Below, in pieces: positions 29,690 through 38,231 of a stretch of 64,000 bases of DNA (within the stretch, counting starts at the first letter, position 1; each line of letters begins with the position of its first letter). Below the pieces are notes generated by a model. The model searched no databases. It was not told the origin of the DNA and worked only from the letters and a program-made list of their open reading frames with translations. The translations under genes and the position numbers were made by a program. Source of the stretch: Pseudomonadota bacterium (GTDB taxonomy: Bacteria; Pseudomonadota; Alphaproteobacteria; Rhodobacterales; Rhodobacteraceae); NCBI GenBank assembly GCA_038530555.1, contig JBCBCN010000002.1:51980-115979 (forward strand), given 5' to 3'.

Positions 29690-30796
29690 ATGCAATTGAC
29701 ACCGACCAGCCGGGAAAAGGTGGCGCGTGCGCGTGCCGACCTGCGCCTTGGCCTGCCGGTTTTGGTGTCCTCAGAGGCTGCGACGCTGATCTTTGTTGCG
29801 GCGGAAGGGGCGGTGCCGAGCCGTCTGACCGCGTTGCGCGCAGGCACTCAAGCGCCTTTGAGCATGGCGATTTCGGCTTGGCGCGCGCAGACATTGAAAG
29901 CGCGCGTTTACGACGGGGATGTTGCGCGCATCCTTGTGCCCCGCGATCTGGGCGAGGCGGAGCTTTCGCAATGGGTTGGAAGCGTCGCCGATCCCGCCCT
30001 CGATCTACGCCATCCCATGAAGGGCCCGTTGCAAAGTATGCGTGACGGGGACGCCTCGCTCTTTCGTATGGCGCTGTTTCTCACGAAATCCGCGCAATTG
30101 CTGCCCTGCGTGGTCGGTGTCGAGGTGGCACGGTCGGCCCCGATGGCCCGTACGGAGGAGCTGACCGAGCTCACACCTTCGATGATCGAGGAAGATCTCG
30201 CGCGTGCCGATAGCTTTTATCCCGTGGCCGCCGCGCAATTGCCGATCGCTTTGGCTGGGACCGGCCGACTGCATGTTGTTCGCCCCGACAATGGCGGGAT
30301 TGAACACTACGTATTTGAAGTTGGACGGCCCGATCGCGACAAGCCCGTGCTCACGCGTCTGCACTCGGCCTGTTTCACCGGTGATGTGCTAGGCTCGCTG
30401 AAATGCGATTGCGGGCCGCAGCTGCACGCAGCCCTGGCCGCGATGCATCAGGCCGGGTCTGGAATGCTGCTTTATCTTAACCAAGAGGGTCGCGGCATTG
30501 GCCTGGCCAATAAGATGCGGGCCTATGCCTTGCAGGACCAAGGCTTTGACACGGTGGAGGCCAATCACCGGCTGGGGTTCGAAGATGATGAGCGTGACTT
30601 TCGCATCGGGGCGGAAATCCTTGAGAAGCTCGGGGTGGGCGCGGTGCGCCTGATGACCAACAATCCGCGTAAGGTCGAGATGCTGGAACGCGAAGGGCTT
30701 GAGGTCACCGAGCGGGTGCCGCTGGTGGTCGGCGAAAACCCCCTCAACAGGGCGTATCTAGACACCAAGCGCAGCAAATCCGGGCATCTTTTTTGA
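29690..30796 (+). CDS. ribA: GTP cyclohydrolase II with N-terminal extension
   Basis: RLHSACFTGDVLGSLKCDCGPQL zinc motif, YLNQEGRGIGL, and NNPRK at the C-terminus. Confidence 0.85.
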   Translation: MQLTPTSREKVARARADLRLGLPVLVSSEAATLIFVAAEGAVPSRLTALRAGTQAPLSMAISAWRAQTLKARVYDGDVARILVPRDLGEAELSQWVGSVADPALDLRHPMKGPLQSMRDGDASLFRMALFLTKSAQLLPCVVGVEVARSAPMARTEELTELTPSMIEEDLARADSFYPVAAAQLPIALAGTGRLHVVRPDNGGIEHYVFEVGRPDRDKPVLTRLHSACFTGDVLGSLKCDCGPQLHAALAAMHQAGSGMLLYLNQEGRGIGLANKMRAYALQDQGFDTVEANHRLGFEDDERDFRIGAEILEKLGVGAVRLMTNNPRKVEMLEREGLEVTERVPLVVGENPLNRAYLDTKRSKSGHLF

Positions 30797-31296
30797 GCCC
30801 CGACGACTTGGTACTCAGCCGACAAGGGCTCCGGTTTCGCGGCCGCCGTTTTGCATGCACGATCGGGCGCTCAGGGGTCACCACAGAAAAACAGGAGGGT
30901 GATGGCGCGACACCTGCGGGAAGCCACCGCTTTGTCGGCTGCCTTTATCGGCCTGACAGGATGGCGCAGCCCTGCGACTGGGCGGTCCCGATCCGGCCGC
31001 GCGACCTTTGGTGCGATGATGCGGGCCATGAGGATTACAACCTGATGGTGACAGCCCCATTCGCGGGCAGTGCCGAACGCTTGGCGCGGGCCGATCCGCT
31101 TTATGATCTGGTGCTTTTGACCGATTGGAATTGGCCCCAGGCCGAGCGCGGCAAAGGTTCGGCTATCTTCATGCATGCCTGGCGCGGCCCAGCGCGCCCG
31201 ACCGAGGGCTGCGTGGCCTGTGCCCCCCACGATCTGCGCTGGATCGTGCGGCGCATCCGGTATCACACACGGCTGATTGTGTCGGAACGGCTTTAG
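30793..31296 (+). CDS. L,D-transpeptidase (YkuD)-like protein
   Basis: TTG start overlapping the ribA stop. GSAIFMHAWRGPARPTEGCVA carries the His...Cys catalytic pattern of YkuD domains. Confidence 0.6.
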   Translation: MSPDDLVLSRQGLRFRGRRFACTIGRSGVTTEKQEGDGATPAGSHRFVGCLYRPDRMAQPCDWAVPIRPRDLWCDDAGHEDYNLMVTAPFAGSAERLARADPLYDLVLLTDWNWPQAERGKGSAIFMHAWRGPARPTEGCVACAPHDLRWIVRRIRYHTRLIVSERL

Positions 31297-31949
31297 GCCG
31301 GCGCTTGCCTGGCGCCGAAGACAGCCGATCCGACGCGGATATGCGTGGCGCCTAGCGCGATGGCGCTTTCGAAATCGCCGCTCATGCCCATGCTGAGACC
31401 GGTTAGACCGTTGCGCGCGGCCATTTTGGCCAGCAATGCGAAATGGAGCGATGGCTCCTCCTCGACCGGGGGGATCGACATCAAGCCTTGCAGCGGCAGG
31501 TCGAGCGACCGGCATTCCGCGACGAAGGCATCGAGATCATCTGGGAGGATCCCAGCTTTCTGAGGCTCTTCGCCGGTATTGACCTGGATGAACAGGTCGG
31601 GCGACGCTCCGCGCTCTTGTGCAAGATCGGCGAGACGGCGCGCGAGTTTGGGCCGGTCGACGGAGTGGATCGTGTCGAACATCTCGACCGCTTGGCGCGC
31701 TTTGTTGGTTTGCAGCGGGCCGATCAGATGCAGCGATATTTCCGTGTACCGCTCTTGCAGCGGCGGCCAGCGGCCTTGGGCTTCTTGCACGCGGTTTTCG
31801 CCGAATATGCGGTGGCCTTGATCAAGGACCGGTGTCACACGCTCTTCGGGCTGGACCTTGGAAACGGCGATCAGGGTAATGTCCGCGGGCGCGCGCCCAG
31901 CGGCGGTGCAGGTTTTTTCAATGCGAGCGGTGACGTCAGAAAGGGCCAT
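31293..31949 (-). CDS. yggS: YggS family pyridoxal-phosphate homeostasis protein
   Basis: LIAVSKVQP (PLP lysine), HLIGPLQTNK, and GMSGDFESAIALGATHIRVGSAVFG. Confidence 0.85.
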   Translation of the reverse strand: MALSDVTARIEKTCTAAGRAPADITLIAVSKVQPEERVTPVLDQGHRIFGENRVQEAQGRWPPLQERYTEISLHLIGPLQTNKARQAVEMFDTIHSVDRPKLARRLADLAQERGASPDLFIQVNTGEEPQKAGILPDDLDAFVAECRSLDLPLQGLMSIPPVEEEPSLHFALLAKMAARNGLTGLSMGMSGDFESAIALGATHIRVGSAVFGARQAPA

Positions 31950-31960
31950 GCGCCCTCATC

Positions 31961-31997
31961 ACAAATGAAAAGAGCGGACACAAGGCCCGCTCTCTCC
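31961..31997 (-). terminator. intrinsic terminator downstream of the porin gene
   Basis: AGAGCGG / CCGCTCT 7-bp stem (31971-31993), followed on the minus strand by TTTCATTT. Confidence 0.55.
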
Positions 31998-32017
31998 GAA
32001 ATGATAAGCGTTTGAGC

Positions 32018-33037
32018 TTAGAAGCCCATTGCCACGCCGAGCGACCAGGTGCTTGCGCCACCGTCCGTGTCGCCATAGGCGGCATGTACCGATGCGCCGC
32101 CGCCGAGATCGTAGCTGGCTGCGAGGCCGTAGCCCTCTCCACCGCTGTCGAACTCACCGTAGTTGGCATGCACCGAGATAGCGCCAGTCGAGTAACCAAC
32201 GCCGACGAAGGTGTGATCGTCCTCAGCGCCAACGGCAACGCCGGTGGCAAGGTTCAGATCCTGGATGTCTGAGTAGCCGACAACAGCCGAGAAGCCGGAT
32301 GCGAGCTCAACCAAGACGCTGACGCCGAGGTGCTCGACCTGGCTACCAGGTGTTGTGCCATCGGTGTCGATGACCATGTAACCCAGACCAGCGGTCACGT
32401 CTGCTGCGCCGAACGACCCGGAGTACTGAACACCAATGGCGGTCGAACCGTCGCCGGAGGTTGCAGCAACAACACCCGTGGCGTCGTCAGCTTCTTGCTC
32501 GTGCGACACCGCGACGGTGAAATCACCGAACGAGATGTTATAGCGCAGAACTTGGTTGTCACCGTTGTACTCGCCCGCGTCGAGCGAGTCGCCGTCCGCG
32601 TTCAAGTCAACGGTCAACCCGTCGAGATACGCGCCCAGGTAACCGCCGTGAGCGGTCTCAGAGTCGTCGATCGAACCCGGGTTACCAGCGGTTGATGCGT
32701 CGGGCATGACGAAATCGACGGCGCCGTCGGTGTCACCCAGCGTCAGCGTGCCGAAGTCGCCGGAGATGAAGACGCTCGTGCCCTGGTTGTCCAGAGCGCG
32801 GCCCAGGTTGCCGGCCTCGTCGAGGTCGACAACTGCACCAAACGACAGGCCGGTGCCAGTTTCGGCTGCGAGGCCGAAGCTGATGTCGACGTCGTTGTGG
32901 AACTGAGTTTCTTGATCGCTGCCACCAACGATACCCATTTCGGCGGAACCGCCGATGCTGATGTTCAGGTTGTCATCAGCTGCTGCAACGCCCGCCGAGG
33001 CAACCAGTGCCGTCGTAGCGAAGAGAACCTTTTTCAT
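32018..33037 (-). CDS. general diffusion porin (Rhodobacter-type, Porin_4-like)
   Basis: Signal peptide MKKVLFATTALVASAGVAAA, a Gly/Asp/Ser-rich alternating beta-strand pattern, and a terminal aromatic residue (GVAMGF). Confidence 0.8.
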   Translation of the reverse strand: MKKVLFATTALVASAGVAAADDNLNISIGGSAEMGIVGGSDQETQFHNDVDISFGLAAETGTGLSFGAVVDLDEAGNLGRALDNQGTSVFISGDFGTLTLGDTDGAVDFVMPDASTAGNPGSIDDSETAHGGYLGAYLDGLTVDLNADGDSLDAGEYNGDNQVLRYNISFGDFTVAVSHEQEADDATGVVAATSGDGSTAIGVQYSGSFGAADVTAGLGYMVIDTDGTTPGSQVEHLGVSVLVELASGFSAVVGYSDIQDLNLATGVAVGAEDDHTFVGVGYSTGAISVHANYGEFDSGGEGYGLAASYDLGGGASVHAAYGDTDGGASTWSLGVAMGF

Positions 33038-33515
33038 GTTTCATTCCCTCGTGAACATTTTGAAGGTGCACCTCAAGACGGGTCATCCGAATTGAGTATG
33101 CTTCTCTCTCCAACTTTGACCTGGTGAATGCAACAAAGCGGGCGGGGAGCCAGCGATGTTGGCCGATCATGGTGCAGACATGCCACAGTGCCTCTAAGGG
33201 CCCGTTTCCCAAGGAAACTAAGGAAAAAAGCGAAAACCAGCACGTCGGCGCAGGTGCGGATCGTTCGGCAGTTTATCGGTCTTTTGGCGTTGCGGCCAGA
33301 TCGCGGCACTTTCCTCGTTAAAAAGAGCCATCGCGATTCTCTCCGCATGGCGTGGGCGGGCATGGCAGCCCCGCATCAAGCGACTCAGGCCTTAACGTCG
33401 AGCGCGGCGAAGGGATAGCAGAGGGCCCGCCATCGCCGATTGCCCGGCGACGCCCCTTGTGACCTCGCGCCGATCTCGGGTAGGAACGCAACCAAAGGCT
33501 AGGTGAGGGCAAGAC

Positions 33516-34004
33516 ATGGCTTTGCATCCGTTAAACGGTATGATCGCGGGGGCCATCGCATTGGCGTTGATAAGCGGCTGTAGCCGCGACCCCGATCCTG
33601 AGCGTGACGCCCAGAGACGCCAAGACCTGATCGACCAGGGCCTGATCATTGATCCAGAGCGTGAGACGCTGCTCGATCTTTTCGTGAACACGGACAATCC
33701 AAACACGACCGTCGAAGTAAACCGGTATCTCTGGAACGCATCGCTTGAAATCTTGGACTTCATGCCGATTGAGGCGGCTGATCCGTTTTCCGGTGTGATC
33801 GTGTTTGACTACGGCACACCGCCGGGCGGCTCTCAGGCTTATCGCGCCACGGTCTTTGTCCAGGATCCGGCGCTCGACGCGCGATCTCTGCGGGTCGCTT
33901 TGCAAAACCGCCGGGGCGCTGTGGACCGTGAAACCGCCCGCGCCATCGAGGACGCCATCCTGACCCGCGCGCGGCAATTGCGCATTCGCGACGGGGCTCT
34001 TTAA
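33516..34004 (+). CDS. DUF3576-like lipoprotein
   Basis: Lipobox ALALISGC-S. NRYLWNASLEILDFMP motif recalled from DUF3576 family proteins. Confidence 0.6.
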   Translation: MALHPLNGMIAGAIALALISGCSRDPDPERDAQRRQDLIDQGLIIDPERETLLDLFVNTDNPNTTVEVNRYLWNASLEILDFMPIEAADPFSGVIVFDYGTPPGGSQAYRATVFVQDPALDARSLRVALQNRRGAVDRETARAIEDAILTRARQLRIRDGAL

Positions 34005-34013
34005 CGAGGCGCT

Positions 34014-34487
34014 TTAATCATCGGTGCTCCACTGATCGGAATAGGCAACCAATTCAACGGTGTTGCCCTCGGGGTCTTTGGTGAAAACGCCGCGCCAGCC
34101 GATCCAGTCGAAATGCTCTATCCGAAAGTCGACGCCTTTCATGCGGTACCACTCGATGGCCGCGTCTTGCTCCTCGGCACCGAGGCTAAGCGCGATGTGG
34201 TGGAGCGAGGATTGCGCGCCGGTAAACGGCGGCGCAGCGCTGCTGGGGTGCAGATCGGGGCGCGCGTCATAGCCCTTATCAAACAGCGCGAGCACACTGG
34301 TATGGCCGCCATAGCCTTCCGCGATCTTGAGAAACACGATCTGGCCGGTCGTCGCGTTCCCTGAGAGGCGTTCGAGGCCCAGCACGCCCTCATAGAAGGC
34401 GAGCATGGCGCCGATGTCATCGCAGCGAATGGCGATCTCGCCCAGCGCGCGGATTTTGAAACCCCGGTCTGTCATTGGGCGCAGCAT
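34014..34487 (-). CDS. VOC family protein (glyoxalase/bleomycin-resistance/dioxygenase fold)
   Basis: Paired beta-alpha-beta-beta-beta modules (LGEIAIRCDD ... FYEGVLGL ... HHIALS ... DPEGNTVEL). ATG 34487 or 34475. The longer track ORF would overlap the imuB 3' end. Confidence 0.75.
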   Translation of the reverse strand: MLRPMTDRGFKIRALGEIAIRCDDIGAMLAFYEGVLGLERLSGNATTGQIVFLKIAEGYGGHTSVLALFDKGYDARPDLHPSSAAPPFTGAQSSLHHIALSLGAEEQDAAIEWYRMKGVDFRIEHFDWIGWRGVFTKDPEGNTVELVAYSDQWSTDD

Positions 34488-34516
34488 GGCCGGAGCTCGG
34501 CGCGGATGCCAGGGGC

Positions 34517-36238
34517 TTAGCCGAAATCGCCCTGGGCGAACCAACCGCCGGTCAGGCCTGAGCCATGGGCATAAAACAGCCAAAGCCGCACGCCCTGTTC
34601 GGTATCGACGCGCCAGTAATCGCGCACACCGCTGCGCCATTCCGGATCATCGAGCCACCATTCCGGCGCGATCCGCTCTGGACCAGAGGCGGCCAGCACG
34701 GCCAAATCCTGCCCACGCCAGCGGATTTTATCGGGGATATGCGGATCATCGGGGAGCGGGATGGGCTCAGGTCGATAAAGCGTCAGCGGCCGGGGCCGGT
34801 CCGGCTTGGGCCAAGCCTGTGCGGGGTCCGACCAGGCCGCCGCCAGCACCTTTTCAGTCTTCTCAGGGATATGGCTCTCGGCCGGGTGCAGGCGGGTGAT
34901 GGCTTCAAGCCCGATCCGCGCGCCTAGGCGGCCGATGAGATCGTCGAGCGGCGCGCTGCCTCCGGCTTGCTGGCGGGCGGCGGCGGCCTCGGCAGCGGCC
35001 CAGCCCCCGGTCATTTGACGGCGGTGCAAGGGCTCGGTCTGATCGGCGACGACCCGAACCCGGTCGATGCCAAAGCCGGGATCGATGTCACCGATTTTGA
35101 GATCGAAGAGCGGACGAATGCGATCGGGCAGGTCCGAGGGCCGCGCCAAGCCGATCTCGATCCGCTGCCCGCCGCCATCCACGCGCGAGATCTCAAGCGC
35201 CACGCGGCGCGCGCCCCGGCCCTTCTTGCGCAGACCCGCGCACAAAACCGGCAAGAGGCGCTCGAGCGCGGCTGTGATATCGGCCTCCAGCCCGATCGGC
35301 TCAGGCAGGGACAGGCGCGCAGCGAAATGGAGCGGGGCCTCAGCCGGGGAAATCGGCTCGGGCTCAAGCCCAAGCGCCTGATCCAGACGCCGGACCAGGG
35401 CGTGGCCGAACCGGCGGGCCAGGGCGGCGCGCGCCATGCCCGTCAGATCGCCGATCCGGCGCAACCCCAAACGGCCCAAACCGGTCACCGTAGCCTCATC
35501 TATGCGCAGGGCCGCGACCGGCAGGTCCGACAGGACACGGCGCATCTGTCCCGGCGGCGCGATCACACCCAGGGGGGCCGCGCCGTTGCGCACAGCGATC
35601 TCCGGGGCCGGTCCGCCCCGCTCCCAATGCTTGCGCCGCACTGCGCGGGAGCGGGTGGCGCGGGCTTCTTGGTCGATGGCGTCGCCGCTGCGGCCGGATG
35701 GGGCGCCTTCCCGAACCTGCCCGCTGCCATAGCGCGCCAAGGCCCAGGCTGCGCCGGCCGTGTCGGCAATCGCCGCGCGCACCGTCAGGCCTAGGGCGGC
35801 ACAATCCTCTGACACAAGCTGAAGCAGCGCGGCCTCTCCCCCGAAAAGATGCGCGCAACCGGTCAGGTCAATGAGCAGACCGGCCGTGTCCTCTTCGGCA
35901 ACCCAGGGAGAGAACTTACCCGCCCAGCGCCGCAGGGCGGTCAGGAACTCCCGCTCCCGCTCGGGCTGGGCGGCGCGGGTGATCAGGCCCGGCACGATTG
36001 ACAGCGCTTCCTGCAAGGCCTGCCCTGGAAACGCGCCTTGGGCTTGGGCGGCCTCACTGACCGCGAGGATCAGGCGCATATTGCCCTCTTGGCGGACCAC
36101 GGCGAGGGGCTGATCGCTAAGAATACGGTCCTGTCTCAGGACACGCTCCGCCGCCAGCCGCGGAAACCACAGCGATAGGATCCGGCGCTGGCGGCCGGTT
36201 TGGGGCATCTGGGTATCGTCAAGCAAATCGGCAGACAT
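34517..36238 (-). CDS. imuB: ImuB, Y-family-polymerase-like subunit of the SOS mutagenesis cassette
   Basis: RRILSLWFPRLAAERVLR N-terminus, LLIDLTGCAHLFGGE, and a C-terminal WWLDDPEWRSGVRDYWRV region characteristic of ImuB. Start at ATG 36238 or 36208. Confidence 0.8.
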   Translation of the reverse strand: MSADLLDDTQMPQTGRQRRILSLWFPRLAAERVLRQDRILSDQPLAVVRQEGNMRLILAVSEAAQAQGAFPGQALQEALSIVPGLITRAAQPEREREFLTALRRWAGKFSPWVAEEDTAGLLIDLTGCAHLFGGEAALLQLVSEDCAALGLTVRAAIADTAGAAWALARYGSGQVREGAPSGRSGDAIDQEARATRSRAVRRKHWERGGPAPEIAVRNGAAPLGVIAPPGQMRRVLSDLPVAALRIDEATVTGLGRLGLRRIGDLTGMARAALARRFGHALVRRLDQALGLEPEPISPAEAPLHFAARLSLPEPIGLEADITAALERLLPVLCAGLRKKGRGARRVALEISRVDGGGQRIEIGLARPSDLPDRIRPLFDLKIGDIDPGFGIDRVRVVADQTEPLHRRQMTGGWAAAEAAAARQQAGGSAPLDDLIGRLGARIGLEAITRLHPAESHIPEKTEKVLAAAWSDPAQAWPKPDRPRPLTLYRPEPIPLPDDPHIPDKIRWRGQDLAVLAASGPERIAPEWWLDDPEWRSGVRDYWRVDTEQGVRLWLFYAHGSGLTGGWFAQGDFG

Positions 36239-36260
36239 GGAGGGCAGCAAGTCACGCGAT

Positions 36261-36275
36261 GTTCCTATTATGTTC
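36261..36275. promoter_or_regulatory. alphaproteobacterial LexA (SOS) box, GTTC-N7-GTTC
   Basis: GTTCCTATTATGTTC is a perfect direct-repeat box, 23 nt upstream of imuB ATG 36238. It lies in the 99-bp divergent spacer shared with the MOSC gene. Confidence 0.65.
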
Positions 36276-36337
36276 CAACCTAGAGCGCCGTAAATCGGGA
36301 GTCGAGTCACCGTGCGGCGCAGCGTAGGATGCGGCTC

Positions 36338-36808
36338 ATGAAAAGTATCGCCGAGTTGACCGCACAACACGCCCTGACCGGTCGCCTAGACTGGATCGGG
36401 TTGCGCCCCGCCCGCCGCGCGCCACTGGAGGCGGTCACCAATGCTGAGATGACAGAGAACGGCCTGCAAGGGGACCGCGCCCGCGCTGGGAAGCGGGCCG
36501 TCACCCTAATCCAGGCCGAACATCTGCCGGTCATCGCCGCCCTGACAGGCCAAGACGCACCGCCTGAGCTTTTGCGCCGGAACCTCGTTGTCGCGCACCT
36601 CAACCTGGCCGCCCTGAGGGGGCGGCATTTGCGCATCGGTGCCACCGCGATCCTGCGCATCACCAGTGTTTGCGCCCCGTGCTCGCGGATGGAGGAGACC
36701 TTTGGACGCGGCGGCTACAACGCCGTGCGCGGCCATGGCGGTTGGTGCGCGGAGGTGACCCAACCGGGCACGATCAGCCTAGGCGATGAGGTGCGCGCGC
36801 TGCCCTAA
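36338..36808 (+). CDS. MOSC domain protein
   Basis: Pattern of MOSC beta-barrel proteins: GLQGDRA..., RNLVV..., and a conserved Cys in TSVCAPCSRME. Confidence 0.75.
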   Translation: MKSIAELTAQHALTGRLDWIGLRPARRAPLEAVTNAEMTENGLQGDRARAGKRAVTLIQAEHLPVIAALTGQDAPPELLRRNLVVAHLNLAALRGRHLRIGATAILRITSVCAPCSRMEETFGRGGYNAVRGHGGWCAEVTQPGTISLGDEVRALP

Positions 36809-36811
36809 AGC

Positions 36812-38143
36812 TCAACGCAAGCGGTCCAGGATCGCGAGCGAAGCATACCCGTCCGGCAACAGGCCCTCGCTCTGCTGATAGCGGCGCACCGCGTCGATCG
36901 TATTCGGCCCTATGATCCCATCGACGCGGCCCGGCGAAAAGCCGACGCGCGTGAGCCGCCGCTGCAATTCCTGACGCTCATCAAAACTGAGCGCGCGATC
37001 CTGGCGCGGCCAGGTCCCGTCAAACGCGGGCCCACCCAGAATGCGATCGGACAAATGCCCCACCGCGATCACATAGGCATCGGCAGGGTTATACCGCTCG
37101 ATCACATGAAAATTGTCGAAGATCACCAAGGCGACTCCTTCGGCACCGGCGGGAAGCAGGATCGAGGCGGGCCCGTGGTCGGGGACACGCTCGCCCGAGA
37201 CAAGGCGGACATTGCGGGCATTCCAGTAGCGCGCGGGCCGTTTGAACCGCTCTCCAGTTTGAGCATAGTCGAAGCCATCTGGCAGCGCGACCTCAAGGCC
37301 CCAGGGCTGGCCATAGGTCCAGCCGAACTCTCGCAGGTAATTCGCCGTGGAAGCCAGGGCATCGATTGGATTGTCCGACCAGATATCGCGTCGCCCATCG
37401 CCTGTTTGATCGACGGCGTAGTCCAAAAAGCTCGTCGGCATGAACTGCGTGTGCCCCATCGCCCCGGCCCAGGAGCCTGTCATTTGCGAGCGGCTGATGT
37501 CGCCGTCTTGAAGGATGCGCAAAGCGGCGAGAAGTTGCGTCTCAAAGAACGCGTTGCGCCGCCCATCATAGGCGAGCGTGGCCATCGCCTCGATGATATT
37601 GGTGTCGCCGCGCACCGCGCCATAGGCGCTTTCGAGGCCCCAGATCGCCGCGACCACCTCCGCCTCAACGCGGTAGGTTCGCTCAATCTCGGCCAGGGCC
37701 GCCCGGTTTTCCTGCAGCGCGCTGCGGCCATTGCCAATGCGCGTGCTGGAGACGGCGCTGTCGAGATAGTCCCACAGAGCACGGCTAAACTCGGACTGGT
37801 TTCGATCTCGCTCAAGCACTGTGGAGTTCAGCGTGATCCCCGCAAAGGCCGCGTCAAAGGTCTCCGCCGTGATCCCAGCGCGCAAAGCACGCGTTCGGAA
37901 CCCGTCGATCCAGTCGCTAAAGCGGCCTGAAGGCCACGCTAATTCCTCAGCAGCGGTTAATGCGGTGGTTGCCGGGCGCAGGGCAGGACGCGCAGCCTCT
38001 TCGCTTTGCGCGACCGAGGGGCGCGGGCTGGGGACCAGCGACAAGTCAGGGGCGTTCGCATGGCCGGGTGCCGCGAGCAGCGTGCACGAAGCTGCGAATG
38101 CCAGACGCCGCGCGGTCTTGGTTATGAGGCTTGCCTGTCGCAA
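36812..38143 (-). CDS. lytic murein transglycosylase (MltB-like) with C-terminal peptidoglycan-binding domain
   Basis: IWGLESAYG catalytic Glu motif, GAMGHTQFMPTSF, and a C-terminal PG_binding_1 repeat (LQRRLTRVGFSPGRVDGIIGPNTIDAVRRYQ). Confidence 0.85.
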   Translation of the reverse strand: MRQASLITKTARRLAFAASCTLLAAPGHANAPDLSLVPSPRPSVAQSEEAARPALRPATTALTAAEELAWPSGRFSDWIDGFRTRALRAGITAETFDAAFAGITLNSTVLERDRNQSEFSRALWDYLDSAVSSTRIGNGRSALQENRAALAEIERTYRVEAEVVAAIWGLESAYGAVRGDTNIIEAMATLAYDGRRNAFFETQLLAALRILQDGDISRSQMTGSWAGAMGHTQFMPTSFLDYAVDQTGDGRRDIWSDNPIDALASTANYLREFGWTYGQPWGLEVALPDGFDYAQTGERFKRPARYWNARNVRLVSGERVPDHGPASILLPAGAEGVALVIFDNFHVIERYNPADAYVIAVGHLSDRILGGPAFDGTWPRQDRALSFDERQELQRRLTRVGFSPGRVDGIIGPNTIDAVRRYQQSEGLLPDGYASLAILDRLR

Positions 38144-38231
38144 ATTTTCTCACGCGTGTTTGCGTAAGACTATGCCCGTTTTGCTACGCGCGCGAAAGCG
38201 GCCACGGCCGGGATGGGCAGCGGGTTGCCGA

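Noticed and set aside
36307-36663. A 118-aa minus-strand ORF immediately upstream of imuB, considered as a possible imuA.
   Set aside because: It is antisense to the MOSC gene and Arg/Ala-rich, with no RecA-like or ImuA motifs (no Walker-like P-loop). It would also start beyond the SOS box.
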